Source: Halalkalibacterium halodurans (lineage in GTDB: Bacteria; Bacillota; Bacilli; Bacillales; Bacillaceae_D). Taken from it: 17,252 nt of DNA. The notes under the pieces were generated by a model. That model had not been told where the DNA came from, ran no database searches, and saw only the letters and a list, made by a program, of their open reading frames with translations. The DNA lies in contig NZ_SNUY01000027.1 in NCBI RefSeq assembly GCF_004376175.1, positions 29,209 through 46,460 of the forward strand. The letters run 5' to 3'. Positions 1-8,607 of this stretch are shown here, piece by piece; position 1 is the first letter of the stretch; each line of letters begins with the position of its first letter. Both the position numbers and the translations under genes were made by a program.

Positions 1-420
1 CTTGACGGTACCTGAAAGAAACGATCTTGATTTAGTCGTAGATACGTTGAAACAGTTAACAGGTAAGTCCTTTGCCAAGAATGCGCTCATTCATTCTGAT
101 CAAGGATTTCAATATACAACTAAGACTTATGAAAAGCAATTAGAGGGATTAGGCGTTCAAGGAAGCCACTCTCGCCGTGGCAATTGCTATGATAATGCTT
201 GTATAGAAAGCTTCTTTTCACATTTGAAAGTGGAGAAGTTATATTTAATACGTCCAAAAACAGTTGAACAAGCTCAATGGGCGATTCAGGAGTATATCAA
301 CTACTATAACAACGGACGTTTTCAAGAGAAATTTAAAGGCCTTTCCCCGATTGAATACCGAGAAAAGGCCGCAGCTTAAGATACTCTTTTTTCATTGTCT
401 ACTTGACAGGGTTATGTGCA
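1..420 (+). mobile_element. IS3-family insertion sequence, right-hand portion. The rest lies left of the window. The right terminus is tentatively placed near 420.
   Basis: Contains the C-terminal part of an IS3-type DDE transposase (2..379). IS3-family ends are typically 5'-TG...CA-3'. The stretch 393-420 (cattgtctacttgacagggttatgtgca) ends in CA, and its reverse complement starts with TG. The boundary cannot be confirmed because the left inverted repeat is outside the window. Confidence 0.7.
2..379 (+). CDS. IS3-family transposase OrfB, C-terminal 125 aa (rve/DDE integrase core), truncated by the window edge
   Basis: Translation contains DQGFQYT...HSRRGNCYDNACIESFF...YINYYNNGR...LSPIEYR. 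This is the typical third acidic-residue region (N-x3-ES) and C-terminal tail of IS3/IS150-type OrfB. The ORF is open to the window edge and stops with TAA at 377-379. Confidence 0.9.
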   Translation: MTVPERNDLDLVVDTLKQLTGKSFAKNALIHSDQGFQYTTKTYEKQLEGLGVQGSHSRRGNCYDNACIESFFSHLKVEKLYLIRPKTVEQAQWAIQEYINYYNNGRFQEKFKGLSPIEYREKAAA

Positions 421-444
421 ATGCTCTAACCTGTATCTTCTCTG

Positions 445-1590
445 TTACGAAGCATGCAACGCTTCCTCTTCCCCTTGTTCTTCTTTCCGGCGCTGGCGAA
501 TGTTGTTTCGCGAAATGTTCGCTAAGATGGCGAGCGACATAAGCGTTACGAGTAACGACGAGCCACCATTGCTGACAAGAGGGAGCGGAATCCCGGTAAT
601 AGGCAATAATCCAGTGACAGCCCCGATGTTAAACACAACTTGGACGGCCAGCTGAAACACGATACCGAAAGCGAGCAAGCTACCAAAAGGACTTTTGCAG
701 CGAGTGCCGATCACAACGCCTCGAAATAGAATCATAGCGTAGCAGAGGAAAACGAACGCCACACCGAAAAATCCTAGCTCCTCGGCGATAATGGCTAAAA
801 TAAAATCCGTATGGGCTTCAGGAAGGTACGCTAGCTTTTGAATGCTTTGGCCAAGCCCCGTTCCTGTTAATCCCCCATTAGCAATCGCTAGGTATGACTG
901 GATGAGCTGATAGCCTGTCCCAGACTGATCGCTAAAAGGATTGACGAACGCGGTTAACCGAGCTAAACGGTACTGTTCTGACGTCGCATATTGGACAAAG
1001 AGCGTCACCCCTACCACACCTAAAGCAATCAAGTGGCGCCATTTCGCTCCTGAAAAAAAGACGATCAGCGCAGTCACAATTAAAATCGATGTAGCGGTAC
1101 CTAAATCGGGCTGACGCATGATTAGGACGAATACAAGACCAACGACAACTAACGGGGGCATAACCCCTGTAATGAACTTGTTAATGTAGGCTTGTTTTTT
1201 AGAATAAACAGCCGCTAGATAAACAATGATCCCTAGTTTTACAAATTCGGACGGCTGCAACGTAAACGGACCAATGATGAGCCACCGTTGTGCTCCGTTT
1301 CCTTCAACCCCTTTATAGATGACAAGCACTAATAAAGCGAACGAGACGATGAGAATCGGAATCATGAGCTTTTTATAGAAGCGGTAAGGAAAATGCATTA
1401 AGAATAAAAACGCTACTGTCCCTATTCCTAACCACATCGATTGTCGTTTAAGAAAGTAATAAAAATCACCGTACTCTCTCAATGCGAGCGCATAGCTTGC
1501 ACTGAAGATCATCACTAAGCCAAAGGCAGCAAGAAGAAACGTGGTGATAATTAACACCCAATCATTATCTTTTGTAAAAGAATATTTCAT
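445..1590 (-). CDS. SEDS-family peptidoglycan glycosyltransferase (FtsW/RodA/SpoVE family), 381 aa
   Basis: Polytopic membrane protein with SEDS hallmarks: RWLIIGPFTLQPSEFVKL, YLPEAHTDFILAIIAEELGFFG and PITGIPLPLVSNGGSS. RBS GGGAGG lies 5 nt upstream of the ATG at 1590. Which paralogue it is (FtsW, RodA or SpoVE) cannot be decided by eye. Confidence 0.9.
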   Translation of the reverse strand: MKYSFTKDNDWVLIITTFLLAAFGLVMIFSASYALALREYGDFYYFLKRQSMWLGIGTVAFLFLMHFPYRFYKKLMIPILIVSFALLVLVIYKGVEGNGAQRWLIIGPFTLQPSEFVKLGIIVYLAAVYSKKQAYINKFITGVMPPLVVVGLVFVLIMRQPDLGTATSILIVTALIVFFSGAKWRHLIALGVVGVTLFVQYATSEQYRLARLTAFVNPFSDQSGTGYQLIQSYLAIANGGLTGTGLGQSIQKLAYLPEAHTDFILAIIAEELGFFGVAFVFLCYAMILFRGVVIGTRCKSPFGSLLAFGIVFQLAVQVVFNIGAVTGLLPITGIPLPLVSNGGSSLLVTLMSLAILANISRNNIRQRRKEEQGEEEALHAS

Positions 1591-1618
1591 TGCCGCCTCC
1601 CATCTGCAAACACGTCCT

Positions 1619-1643
1619 TACTTGATGTTTATACTTGATGTTT
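1619..1643. repeat. Tandem direct repeat, 2 x TACTTGATGTTT with period 13 (1619-1630 and 1632-1643)
   Basis: Read directly from the sequence: ttaCTTGATGTTTaTACTTGATGTTTg. It lies between the predicted -10 box and the RBS of the SEDS gene on the minus strand. Confidence 0.95.
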
Positions 1644-1648
1644 GTTCT

Positions 1649-1657
1649 ATTATAGCA
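1649..1657 (-). promoter_or_regulatory. Candidate sigma-A promoter for the SEDS gene, extended -10 (TGcTATAAT)
   Basis: The minus strand reads TGCTATAAT (plus 1649-1657, attatagca). There is no good -35, but the TGn extension can compensate. It sits about 60 nt upstream of the start codon. Confidence 0.4.
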
Positions 1658-1702
1658 AACGCTGTTTGGGAGAAAAAGAGACTTTGGCAATCCTTTCTAC
1701 TT

Positions 1703-3322
1703 CTACCCTTGACTTTTTCCTTTTCGTTTTAAAATAGAGAATCGCTCGCCTAATACACGCCCTGCCAAGTTGGATCGGTACGATAGATAGAGGTAAACGG
1801 CCGCACCGACTGTTACTCCAACAAACGTCAGAATGAAATAATCCCCGCGCGACGTAGCGTTAATCACATAGGATAGCAAGTGGGTCAACATATAAACCGC
1901 CCCGCCCATAATCAAAGCAAAGACCGTAATAAGCAACGTCCGTTTCGCTACAAGCCGGAAATCAAACTGTCCATATTTAGCGATTGCCCATATGTTGATT
2001 CCAATCGCAACGACATTCCCTAAATATGAGGAAAAGATTACCCCATTTGGCCCGAACCAATGCAAAAACGGAACGTTCGTCACAAGCTTAATCAACAACC
2101 CGACTATAAGGGCAATTACAGCCATCCGTTGGCGGTTGATTCCTTGTAATAAGGCTGCTGAAACGGCAAATAGTGAAAAACAAAGGGTGATCGGTCCGTA
2201 ATAGCGCATGACATTTCCGCCAAGCTCCAGATTTTCAAAGTAGAGCGCCCCGTAAATAGGGTAAGCAAGAACCGCCATCCCTACCGCAGCCGGAATTGCG
2301 ATAAACAAAATAATTTGAAACGTTTGTGTCGTTTGCTGTTTGAGTTTTTTCATGTCTCCATCTGTAAACGAGCGAGTAATCGTTGGAATAAGCGTTACTG
2401 ATAAAGCTGTAGCCAACGCCATAGGGATAAGTACCACTTTATGAACCGCTTGGGTTAATACCCCAATAAAGTCAGTCGATATCGACTCGAATTCTGTTCC
2501 AATCAACGCACCTTTAATCGTGTACGTATCAACAAATTGAAACAGAGGAATCGCCAAGCCGACAAATGACAAGGGCAATGCGTAAAGAATAAGCTCCTTA
2601 TACATATCCTTCAACGTTAAATTGTGACGCACGGTGCTTTTCTCGACCTGCTCTAAGATGCCCTTACGCCGTTTAAACCAATAGTATGCGAGAACAGCAA
2701 GTCCTCCAATCGCACCGACAAAGGCCGCAAAGGTGGCAAAGCCAACAGCGGTTGCCATATCACCGTTCAGTACATTTAAGACCGTAAACGCGGCCCCGAG
2801 AATAAAAACAATCCGCACAATCTGTTCAACAACCTGAGAAACAGCAGTTGGCCCCATCGATTGATAGCCTTGAAAATAGCCACGGATGATCGACATCGCC
2901 GGAACGACGATTAAGGCAACACTCACCATCCGAATTGAAAGGATGACCTCTGCTTGTGTCAAATCTTCCTCCCCAGGATTCATGACATTCGCTAAGAACG
3001 GTGCGGCAAAAAACAAAGCGAGAAACGATAACGTACCTGTGATCGTCATTAAGACGACGCCCGATCTAAACAGGCGGTATCCCGTTTCATAATCGCCCAA
3101 GGACTGATATTTAGCAACAAACTTTGAGACAGCAAGAGGGACACCCATTGTCGATAAACTCAGCAAGATAACGTATTGACTATAACCGAATTGATAAAGG
3201 GCTAGCCCCGTCGTTCCTACCAATGCTGTAAATGGAATGACATAGATAAACCCTAAGATTTTCGAGATGAGCGTCGCGGCTGTTAACACCATCGTCCCGC
3301 GCACTAACTTGGAATTCCCCAT
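1703..3322 (-). CDS. murJ: MOP-superfamily lipid II flippase / polysaccharide biosynthesis protein of the MurJ (YtgP)/SpoVB type, 539 aa
   Basis: Protein of roughly 14 TM segments with an N-terminus (LVRGTMVLTAATLISKILGFIYVIPFTALVGTTGLALY) typical of YtgP/SpoVB-type MviN proteins. Its length matches B. subtilis YtgP (about 540 aa), and it sits next to ytfP as in B. subtilis. RBS AGGAGG lies 5 nt before the ATG. Confidence 0.8.
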   Translation of the reverse strand: MGNSKLVRGTMVLTAATLISKILGFIYVIPFTALVGTTGLALYQFGYSQYVILLSLSTMGVPLAVSKFVAKYQSLGDYETGYRLFRSGVVLMTITGTLSFLALFFAAPFLANVMNPGEEDLTQAEVILSIRMVSVALIVVPAMSIIRGYFQGYQSMGPTAVSQVVEQIVRIVFILGAAFTVLNVLNGDMATAVGFATFAAFVGAIGGLAVLAYYWFKRRKGILEQVEKSTVRHNLTLKDMYKELILYALPLSFVGLAIPLFQFVDTYTIKGALIGTEFESISTDFIGVLTQAVHKVVLIPMALATALSVTLIPTITRSFTDGDMKKLKQQTTQTFQIILFIAIPAAVGMAVLAYPIYGALYFENLELGGNVMRYYGPITLCFSLFAVSAALLQGINRQRMAVIALIVGLLIKLVTNVPFLHWFGPNGVIFSSYLGNVVAIGINIWAIAKYGQFDFRLVAKRTLLITVFALIMGGAVYMLTHLLSYVINATSRGDYFILTFVGVTVGAAVYLYLSYRSNLAGRVLGERFSILKRKGKSQG

Positions 3323-3366
3323 TTCTGCCTCCTGTATCGATCAAAAACAAATTTTTCACTTCTTGC

Positions 3367-3375
3367 ATTGTAGCA
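3367..3375 (-). promoter_or_regulatory. Candidate sigma-A promoter for murJ/ytgP, extended -10 (TGcTACAAT)
   Basis: The minus strand reads TGCTACAAT (plus 3367-3375, attgtagca), about 45 nt upstream of the ATG at 3322. The -35 is weak (TTTTCC). Confidence 0.4.
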
Positions 3376-3472
3376 CAACTCTTTTTCGAGGAAAAAAGAG
3401 AACCTTTTTTGCTGTAGTTCAACTATTCCATTAAGAAATCCCCTACCATAATGGCAAGGGAACAAACACGGT

Positions 3473-3964
3473 TTATCTTTTTAGAAAAAACTCTCGTCTT
3501 AACCGAGTCGGCTTGAGCCATTTGAATTGGACCAACCGTTTTATGTCTTGAGCCTTCGTGTAAGACAAACGGATATAGTACAAATTGATATACTCGACTA
3601 AGGAAAAAAGAGAATAAAATGTGACCGCAATGACATGAATGGTTGATAGCTTGTCATTTCCACTAATCAAATAAATGCCGTATGCTAAGAAAAGCAATCC
3701 GTTGACCAATCTGAATAGTTTAAAGATGGTCTGATTGAACGTATAATCCAACGGTCGTTTAGCGATTTTTTTCGAGTAATAATACCAAAAATAACATCCT
3801 TGCAACAAAATAAAAATGAGCAGCGCATACGGGAAAAACGTAACGACGCTTAATTCCATCTCCCAATAACGATAAAGCGCATAAAACGTAAGCGAAAACA
3901 TCAGACTAGCTAGGAGATGTCCTCTTACTAATCCACGAATGGTGGCGTTTAGTTCTTTTTTCAA
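3473..3964 (-). CDS. Hypothetical small integral membrane protein (163 aa, about 4 TM, basic C-terminal tail)
   Basis: Long ORF with a TTG start preceded by AAGAAGGGGA (6-nt spacing). It has four hydrophobic segments rich in aromatic residues (for example FFPYALLIFILLQGCYFWYYY) and a K/R-rich tail. I recognise no family. Confidence 0.6.
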   Translation of the reverse strand: MKKELNATIRGLVRGHLLASLMFSLTFYALYRYWEMELSVVTFFPYALLIFILLQGCYFWYYYSKKIAKRPLDYTFNQTIFKLFRLVNGLLFLAYGIYLISGNDKLSTIHVIAVTFYSLFSLVEYINLYYIRLSYTKAQDIKRLVQFKWLKPTRLRREFFLKR

Positions 3965-4236
3965 AAAATCCCCTTCTTATGACCAGCAAAATGTAAATAT
4001 TTCACACCTTCAGCTTACCATAGCGATCTTTCATTGAAAATAAGCATTTTTCAGCAAATCTTGTTCTCTTTTTAAATGACGCTACCTGTGTATGAAAAGA
4101 TAATAGTCGAGAAAACCGACAAGTGATATGATAATAGACGATTCTTGCTAAGTGAACGTCGTTCCCAATCAGGTCTATTGACCTTAGGTAAAAAGAATCA
4201 AATGGAACTATACATAGATCATAAAGGGTGAATCTC

Positions 4237-5505
4237 ATGCATGAAGTGATTGTGATTGGTGGAGGGCCTGCTGGACTAATGGCTTCTGTTTCCGCAGCGG
4301 AGCACGGTGCTCGCGTGCTTCTTCTCGACAAAGGTGATAAACTCGGGCGAAAACTAGCCATCTCAGGAGGAGGTCGCTGTAACGTAACGAATCGGATGCC
4401 TCTCGATGAATTAATTGCTCACATCCCAGGCAATGGTCGGTTTATGTACAGCCCGTTTTCTGTATTTAACAATGAAGACATTATCCGTTTTTTTGAACGA
4501 TTAGGAATTGCACTCAAGGAAGAGGACCGAGGACGAATGTTTCCGGTGAGTGACAAGGCGACCACCGTTGTACAAACATTGTTGAAACGAATCAACGACC
4601 TAGGCGTGACGGTTCGAACCAATACAGCGGTTGCTTCCCTTGAATATGACGATGGTCGAATCGCTATGGTTCAGCTTAAAAACGGTGAACGACTTAAAAC
4701 GAAAACAGTGATTGTAGCGACTGGAGGTCAATCGGTTCCTCATACAGGAAGTACGGGAGATGCCTATCCGTGGGCAAAGGCTGCAGGACATACGATTACC
4801 GAGCTGTATCCGACAGAGGTTCCGATCACGTCTGCTGAACCTTTTATTCAAGAAAAGAAACTCCAAGGACTATCGTTACGAGACATTGAGCTCTCTGTTT
4901 ATGCACCAAATGGAAAACAGATCAAGACCCATGACGGCGATATGATTTTCACCCATTTTGGTCTATCTGGTCCTGCGGCTCTAAGGTGCAGTCAATATGT
5001 CGTCAAAGCTTTAAAAAAATATAAACAGCCGACCATTGAAATGAGAATTGATTTACGTCCAACCATCCCAGCAGAAGCTCTTTTCCAAGAAACGATTCAA
5101 AACATAAAAGCCGAGCCAAAAAAAGCTTTAAAAACAGTATTAAGAGGAATCGCCCCGGAACGATTCCTCCAGTACGTATATGAGCGCCTTCGCATTGATT
5201 CTAATTTGCCTTGCGCAAGTGTGCGCCATGAGGTGATCCGTGAGATCGTGCAACAACTAAAAAGCTTTTCCTTTCACGTGAACGGCACTCTTTCCATCGA
5301 GAAAGCGTTCGTCACAGGTGGGGGTGTATCGGTCAAAGAAATTGAACCAAAAACGATGCACTCAAAGAAAAAAGCGGGGCTATTTTTTTGTGGAGAAGTT
5401 TTAGATATTCACGGATATACAGGCGGATACAATATTACGTGTGCCTTCTCAACCGGCTATACGGCTGGAAAAGGAGCCGCGGAGTATGTTCATCATAAGT
5501 CTTGA
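4237..5505 (+). CDS. ytfP: NAD(P)/FAD-dependent oxidoreductase, HI0933/YtfP (BaiN-like) family
   Basis: N-terminal Rossmann motif [11 protein letters not shown] and the family signature [11 protein letters not shown]. About 420 aa, as for B. subtilis YtfP, and adjacent to ytgP. I place the start at ATG 4237 (RBS AAAGGGTG, 6-nt spacing) rather than the GTG at 4228 used by the ORF track. Confidence 0.9.
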   Translation: MHEVIVIGGGPAGLMASVSAAEHGARVLLLDKGDKLGRKLAISGGGRCNVTNRMPLDELIAHIPGNGRFMYSPFSVFNNEDIIRFFERLGIALKEEDRGRMFPVSDKATTVVQTLLKRINDLGVTVRTNTAVASLEYDDGRIAMVQLKNGERLKTKTVIVATGGQSVPHTGSTGDAYPWAKAAGHTITELYPTEVPITSAEPFIQEKKLQGLSLRDIELSVYAPNGKQIKTHDGDMIFTHFGLSGPAALRCSQYVVKALKKYKQPTIEMRIDLRPTIPAEALFQETIQNIKAEPKKALKTVLRGIAPERFLQYVYERLRIDSNLPCASVRHEVIREIVQQLKSFSFHVNGTLSIEKAFVTGGGVSVKEIEPKTMHSKKKAGLFFCGEVLDIHGYTGGYNITCAFSTGYTAGKGAAEYVHHKS

Positions 5506-5569
5506 ACTATGTGACGGTGTGAAACGCATCGAGCCGCTGATACGTAAAAAGAGATGGAGGTGATGGCTT

Positions 5570-5996
5570 TTGCTGCATTTTCAGAAGCTGTTCAACCATG
5601 TTCTCTGGATGACAAAAGGGAATCTACATTTGATTACTTTAGAGAATATTGAACGGAAAATGGTGGAGTATGGTTTTGACCGTGGCTTGACACAGAAGGT
5701 GATTTCCGCTTTTGAAAAAAGGCTCACCACGTACGGAGAAATCGATTTCCAACTTTGGTTCTCTCGTTTGCACTACTCTACCCCAGAGGAATTTCAACAT
5801 GAGCAAGTAGCGATTTCCCTCTATAAAAACATATCAGCCTTGGTTCGATGCTGAAGTAAAGAAACTAGAGCAGGAAACGGATTTATCATGGGTGGAGCAG
5901 ACAGAAGATCTTGTTGGATTACAGGATGAGGCGCGAAAGGCCCAATTGGTTTTACGATATCGCCTTTCAGAAATTCAATTAGACTTGACCTCATAA
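5570..5996 (+). pseudogene. Uncharacterised ORF of about 141 aa, interrupted by a frameshift at an A5 run (5825-5829)
   Basis: A TTG start at 5570 lies 9 nt after GGAGG, and that frame stops at 5852-5854. A second frame is open from 5811 to TAA 5994-5996. It has no plausible start or RBS but reads as a sensible coiled-coil-like continuation (YQPWFDAEVKKLEQETDLSWVEQTEDLVGLQDEARKAQLVLRYRLSEIQLDLTS). Removing one A from the run joins the two as ...AISLYKTYQPWFDAEV... A shared terminator follows at 6005-6040. Confidence 0.55.
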
Positions 5997-6004
5997 AAGC
6001 AAAA

Positions 6005-6040
6005 GCGCACGAATGCTGTTCAATCACAACATTCGTGCGT
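6005..6040. terminator. Bidirectional rho-independent terminator shared by the convergent 5570-5996 ORF and leuS
   Basis: A 10-11 bp stem (gCGCACGAATG 6005-6015 with CATTCGTGCGt 6030-6040) and a 14-nt loop. It is flanked by an A-rich tract upstream (aaaagcaaaa) and a T-rich tract downstream (tttcgttt), which gives a U-tract on both strands. Confidence 0.7.
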
Positions 6041-6045
6041 TTCGT

Positions 6046-8466
6046 TTAGTTAGCGACAATATTGACAAGCTTACCTGGAACAACGATTACTTTTCGTACG
6101 GTCTTTCCGTCGATCGATTCTTTCACCCGTTCGTTGGCAAGTGCCGCCTCTTCCATCTGCTCTTTCGTCGCATCTTTTGCCACAACAACTTTGGCTCGGA
6201 CTTTTCCGTTATGCTGAACGACGATTTCCACCTCATCTTCCACTAGAAAGGCTTCGTCGTACGTTGGCCACGGTTCATAGGCGATTGTTCCCTCATGACC
6301 GAGCTTGCTCCAAAGCTCTTCGGCAAGATGTGGTGCAACAGGGGATAATAGCTTCACGAATCCTTCCGCCTGATCTTGCGGAAGCTCTTCTTGCTTGTAT
6401 GCTTCATTCACATACACCATCAACTGAGAGATTCCTACATTAAACCGTAGCTCTTCAAAGTCTTCCGTCACCTTTTTCACCGTTTGATGATAGACGCGCT
6501 TAAGCTCTGGAGAGCCTTCTCCGTTTACAATTTTGCTGCTTTTGTCTTCCGTATTTTCGTCTACAAGCAAACGCCATACACGATCAAGGAAACGACGCGC
6601 TCCATCTAATCCAGTTGTCGACCATGCAATCGAAGCATCGAGCGGTCCCATGAACATTTCATATAAGCGAAGCGTATCGGCTCCGTGACTGTCTATAATA
6701 TCATCAGGGTTGACGACATTTCCCTTCGATTTACTCATTTTTTCATTGTTTTCACCAAGGATCATTCCTTGGTTGTAAAGCTTTTGGAACGGCTCCTTCG
6801 TCGGTACGACCCCTAGATCGTACAACACTTTATGCCAGAACCGGGCATATAACAAGTGAAGCACTGCGTGTTCAGCACCACCGATATAAATATCGACAGG
6901 AAGCCATTTTTTCAGCTTTTCAGGGTCGGCGATCATCCGCTCATTATCAGGGTCGATGTAACGAAGGTAATACCAGCAGCTTCCAGCCCATTGCGGCATC
7001 GTGTTCGTTTCACGGCGACCTTTTTTCCCTGTGACCGGGTCCACCACTTCAAGCCAATCCGTTGCGTTCGCGAGTGGTGATTCACCTGTCCCAGAAGGTT
7101 TGATTTCCGACATTTTCGGAAGTTCTAGTGGTAGCTCATCTTCAGGAACAGTGGACATTGTTCCGTCTTCCCAATGAATCACTGGGATCGGCTCTCCCCA
7201 ATAACGCTGCCGACTGAACAGCCAGTCACGTAAACGGTATGTGACTTTCTTCGTTCCTTTTTTCTCAGCTTCAAGCCACTGAATCATTTTCTCAATCGCC
7301 TCTTCTTTGCTGAGACCGTTCAAAAATTCAGAGTTCACATGAGGACCGTCCCCTGTATAAGCCTCCTGTTCTATGACGCCGCCTGATACTACTTCCTTGA
7401 TAGGCAAATCAAATGTTTTTGCAAACTCATAGTCCCGTTCGTCGTGAGCCGGAACAGCCATAATTGCACCAGTCCCGTAGCTAACGAGAACGTAGTCAGC
7501 GATCCAAATTGGCACCTTCTCGCCATTCACCGGATTGATAGCGTACGCACCAGTAAAAACTCCGGTTTTTTCCTTTGCCAGCTCTGTCCGTTCCAAGTCG
7601 CTCTTTGTTGCGACTTCTTTCTTATACGATTCGACCGCTTGTTTTTGCTCGCTAGTTGTAATCGCATCCACGAGCTTATGCTCAGGTGCTAACACCATAT
7701 AAGTGGCGCCAAACAACGTATCTGGACGAGTCGTAAAGACAGTAATCGTATCATCATGCCCGTCGACCGAAAACGTCACTTCTGCTCCTTCCGAACGACC
7801 GATCCAATTGCGCTGCATATCTTTAATGCTTTCTGGCCAATCGAGCTCTTCTAAATCCTCCAGTAAGCGATCAGCATACTCGGTGATTTTCAGCATCCAT
7901 TGCTTCATCGGACGACGCTCAACTGGGTGTCCACCACGCTCACTCTTGCCATCAATGACCTCTTCATTCGCTAATACGGTTCCAAGGGCTGGGCACCAAT
8001 TTACTGCCACTTCGTCGATGTACGCTAGTCCTTTGTTGTAAAGCTGAATGAAAATCCATTGAGTCCATTTATAGTAATCAGGATCTGTTGTATTCACTTC
8101 CCGATCCCAATCATACGAAAAACCGAGGGATTTTATTTGTCTGCGGAACGTATTAATGTTCTTTTCCGTAAACTCGGCTGGGCTGTTCCCCGTATCAATC
8201 GCATATTGCTCAGCTGGAAGGCCAAACGCATCCCACCCCATCGGATGAAGCACATTGTACCCTTGCATTCGTTTCATCCGCGATAAAATATCGGTTGCCG
8301 TGTAACCTTCCGGATGACCGACATGAAGTCCCGCGCCTGATGGGTATGGGAACATATCAAGGGCATAAAACTTTTCCCTCGTTTCATCTTCTTCCGTTTT
8401 AAACGTTTTGTTCTCTTCCCAATACTTTTGCCATTTCGATTCAATCTCTCGGTGTGAGTATGACAT
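6046..8466 (-). CDS. leuS: Leucyl-tRNA synthetase, 806 aa
   Basis: Class I aaRS signatures HVGHPEGY (HIGH) and KMSKSKGN (KMSKS). Bacterial LeuS length, with long blocks identical to B. subtilis LeuS as I recall it (for example [37 protein letters not shown]). Preceded by a Leu T-box. Confidence 0.98.
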   Translation of the reverse strand: MSYSHREIESKWQKYWEENKTFKTEEDETREKFYALDMFPYPSGAGLHVGHPEGYTATDILSRMKRMQGYNVLHPMGWDAFGLPAEQYAIDTGNSPAEFTEKNINTFRRQIKSLGFSYDWDREVNTTDPDYYKWTQWIFIQLYNKGLAYIDEVAVNWCPALGTVLANEEVIDGKSERGGHPVERRPMKQWMLKITEYADRLLEDLEELDWPESIKDMQRNWIGRSEGAEVTFSVDGHDDTITVFTTRPDTLFGATYMVLAPEHKLVDAITTSEQKQAVESYKKEVATKSDLERTELAKEKTGVFTGAYAINPVNGEKVPIWIADYVLVSYGTGAIMAVPAHDERDYEFAKTFDLPIKEVVSGGVIEQEAYTGDGPHVNSEFLNGLSKEEAIEKMIQWLEAEKKGTKKVTYRLRDWLFSRQRYWGEPIPVIHWEDGTMSTVPEDELPLELPKMSEIKPSGTGESPLANATDWLEVVDPVTGKKGRRETNTMPQWAGSCWYYLRYIDPDNERMIADPEKLKKWLPVDIYIGGAEHAVLHLLYARFWHKVLYDLGVVPTKEPFQKLYNQGMILGENNEKMSKSKGNVVNPDDIIDSHGADTLRLYEMFMGPLDASIAWSTTGLDGARRFLDRVWRLLVDENTEDKSSKIVNGEGSPELKRVYHQTVKKVTEDFEELRFNVGISQLMVYVNEAYKQEELPQDQAEGFVKLLSPVAPHLAEELWSKLGHEGTIAYEPWPTYDEAFLVEDEVEIVVQHNGKVRAKVVVAKDATKEQMEEAALANERVKESIDGKTVRKVIVVPGKLVNIVAN

Positions 8467-8518
8467 GATCGTTGCGACCTCCTTTTTCTTAACAAACCGA
8501 TGTCAGTATGTTAGAAAA

Positions 8519-8537
8519 ACTTGGCTTGTCGCCAAGT
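8519..8537 (-). other. Small terminator-like hairpin in the leuS leader, downstream of the T-box terminator
   Basis: The minus strand reads ACTTGGC-gacaa-GCCAAGT followed by TTTTC. It lies about 50 nt upstream of the leuS ATG, inside an unusually long (about 140 nt) spacer between the T-box terminator and the start codon. Confidence 0.35.
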
Positions 8538-8607
8538 CTTATAGCGAAAGCCGTTGTTTTTCTTATACTTTAGTCCTTTTTCAAAAGTTAAACTTTCTTA
8601 AAAAAGT

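Noticed and set aside
264-655. Plus-strand ORFs 264..542 and 416..655.
   Set aside because: The first overlaps the IS3 transposase in another frame. Both run antisense into the SEDS gene, neither has an RBS, and their translations are not protein-like.
3379-3400. The hairpin CTCTTTTT-cgagga-AAAAAGAG between the 163-aa gene and murJ, considered as a terminator.
   Set aside because: The 8-bp stem is almost entirely A-U with no trailing U-tract on the minus strand. It overlaps the candidate murJ promoter spacer and is not convincing.
4002-4361. A 119-aa minus-strand ORF spanning the divergent promoter region and the start of ytfP.
   Set aside because: It is antisense to the well-supported ytfP N-terminus (GxGxxG motif). 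Its composition is low-complexity and Ser/Arg/Pro-rich, it has no RBS, and it crosses an AT-rich promoter region.
4608-4622. A GGTTCGAACC motif resembling a tRNA T-arm.
   Set aside because: It lies inside the ytfP coding frame, and no surrounding cloverleaf (acceptor, D or anticodon arms) can be drawn.
5563-5652. A 29-codon ATG ORF (MAFAAFSEAVQPCSLDDKRESTFDYFREY) beginning just after the GGAGG at 5556-5560.
   Set aside because: The ATG is only 2 nt from the Shine-Dalgarno core, which is too close. The TTG at 5570 has ideal 9-nt spacing and opens the much longer, protein-like frame.
6141-8286. Several plus-strand ORFs of 74-112 aa inside leuS (6141..6443, 6856..7080, 7444..7692, 7703..8041, 8059..8286).
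   Set aside because: All are antisense shadows of the highly conserved leuS frame. None has an RBS, and their composition is biased toward Ser, Arg and Pro.
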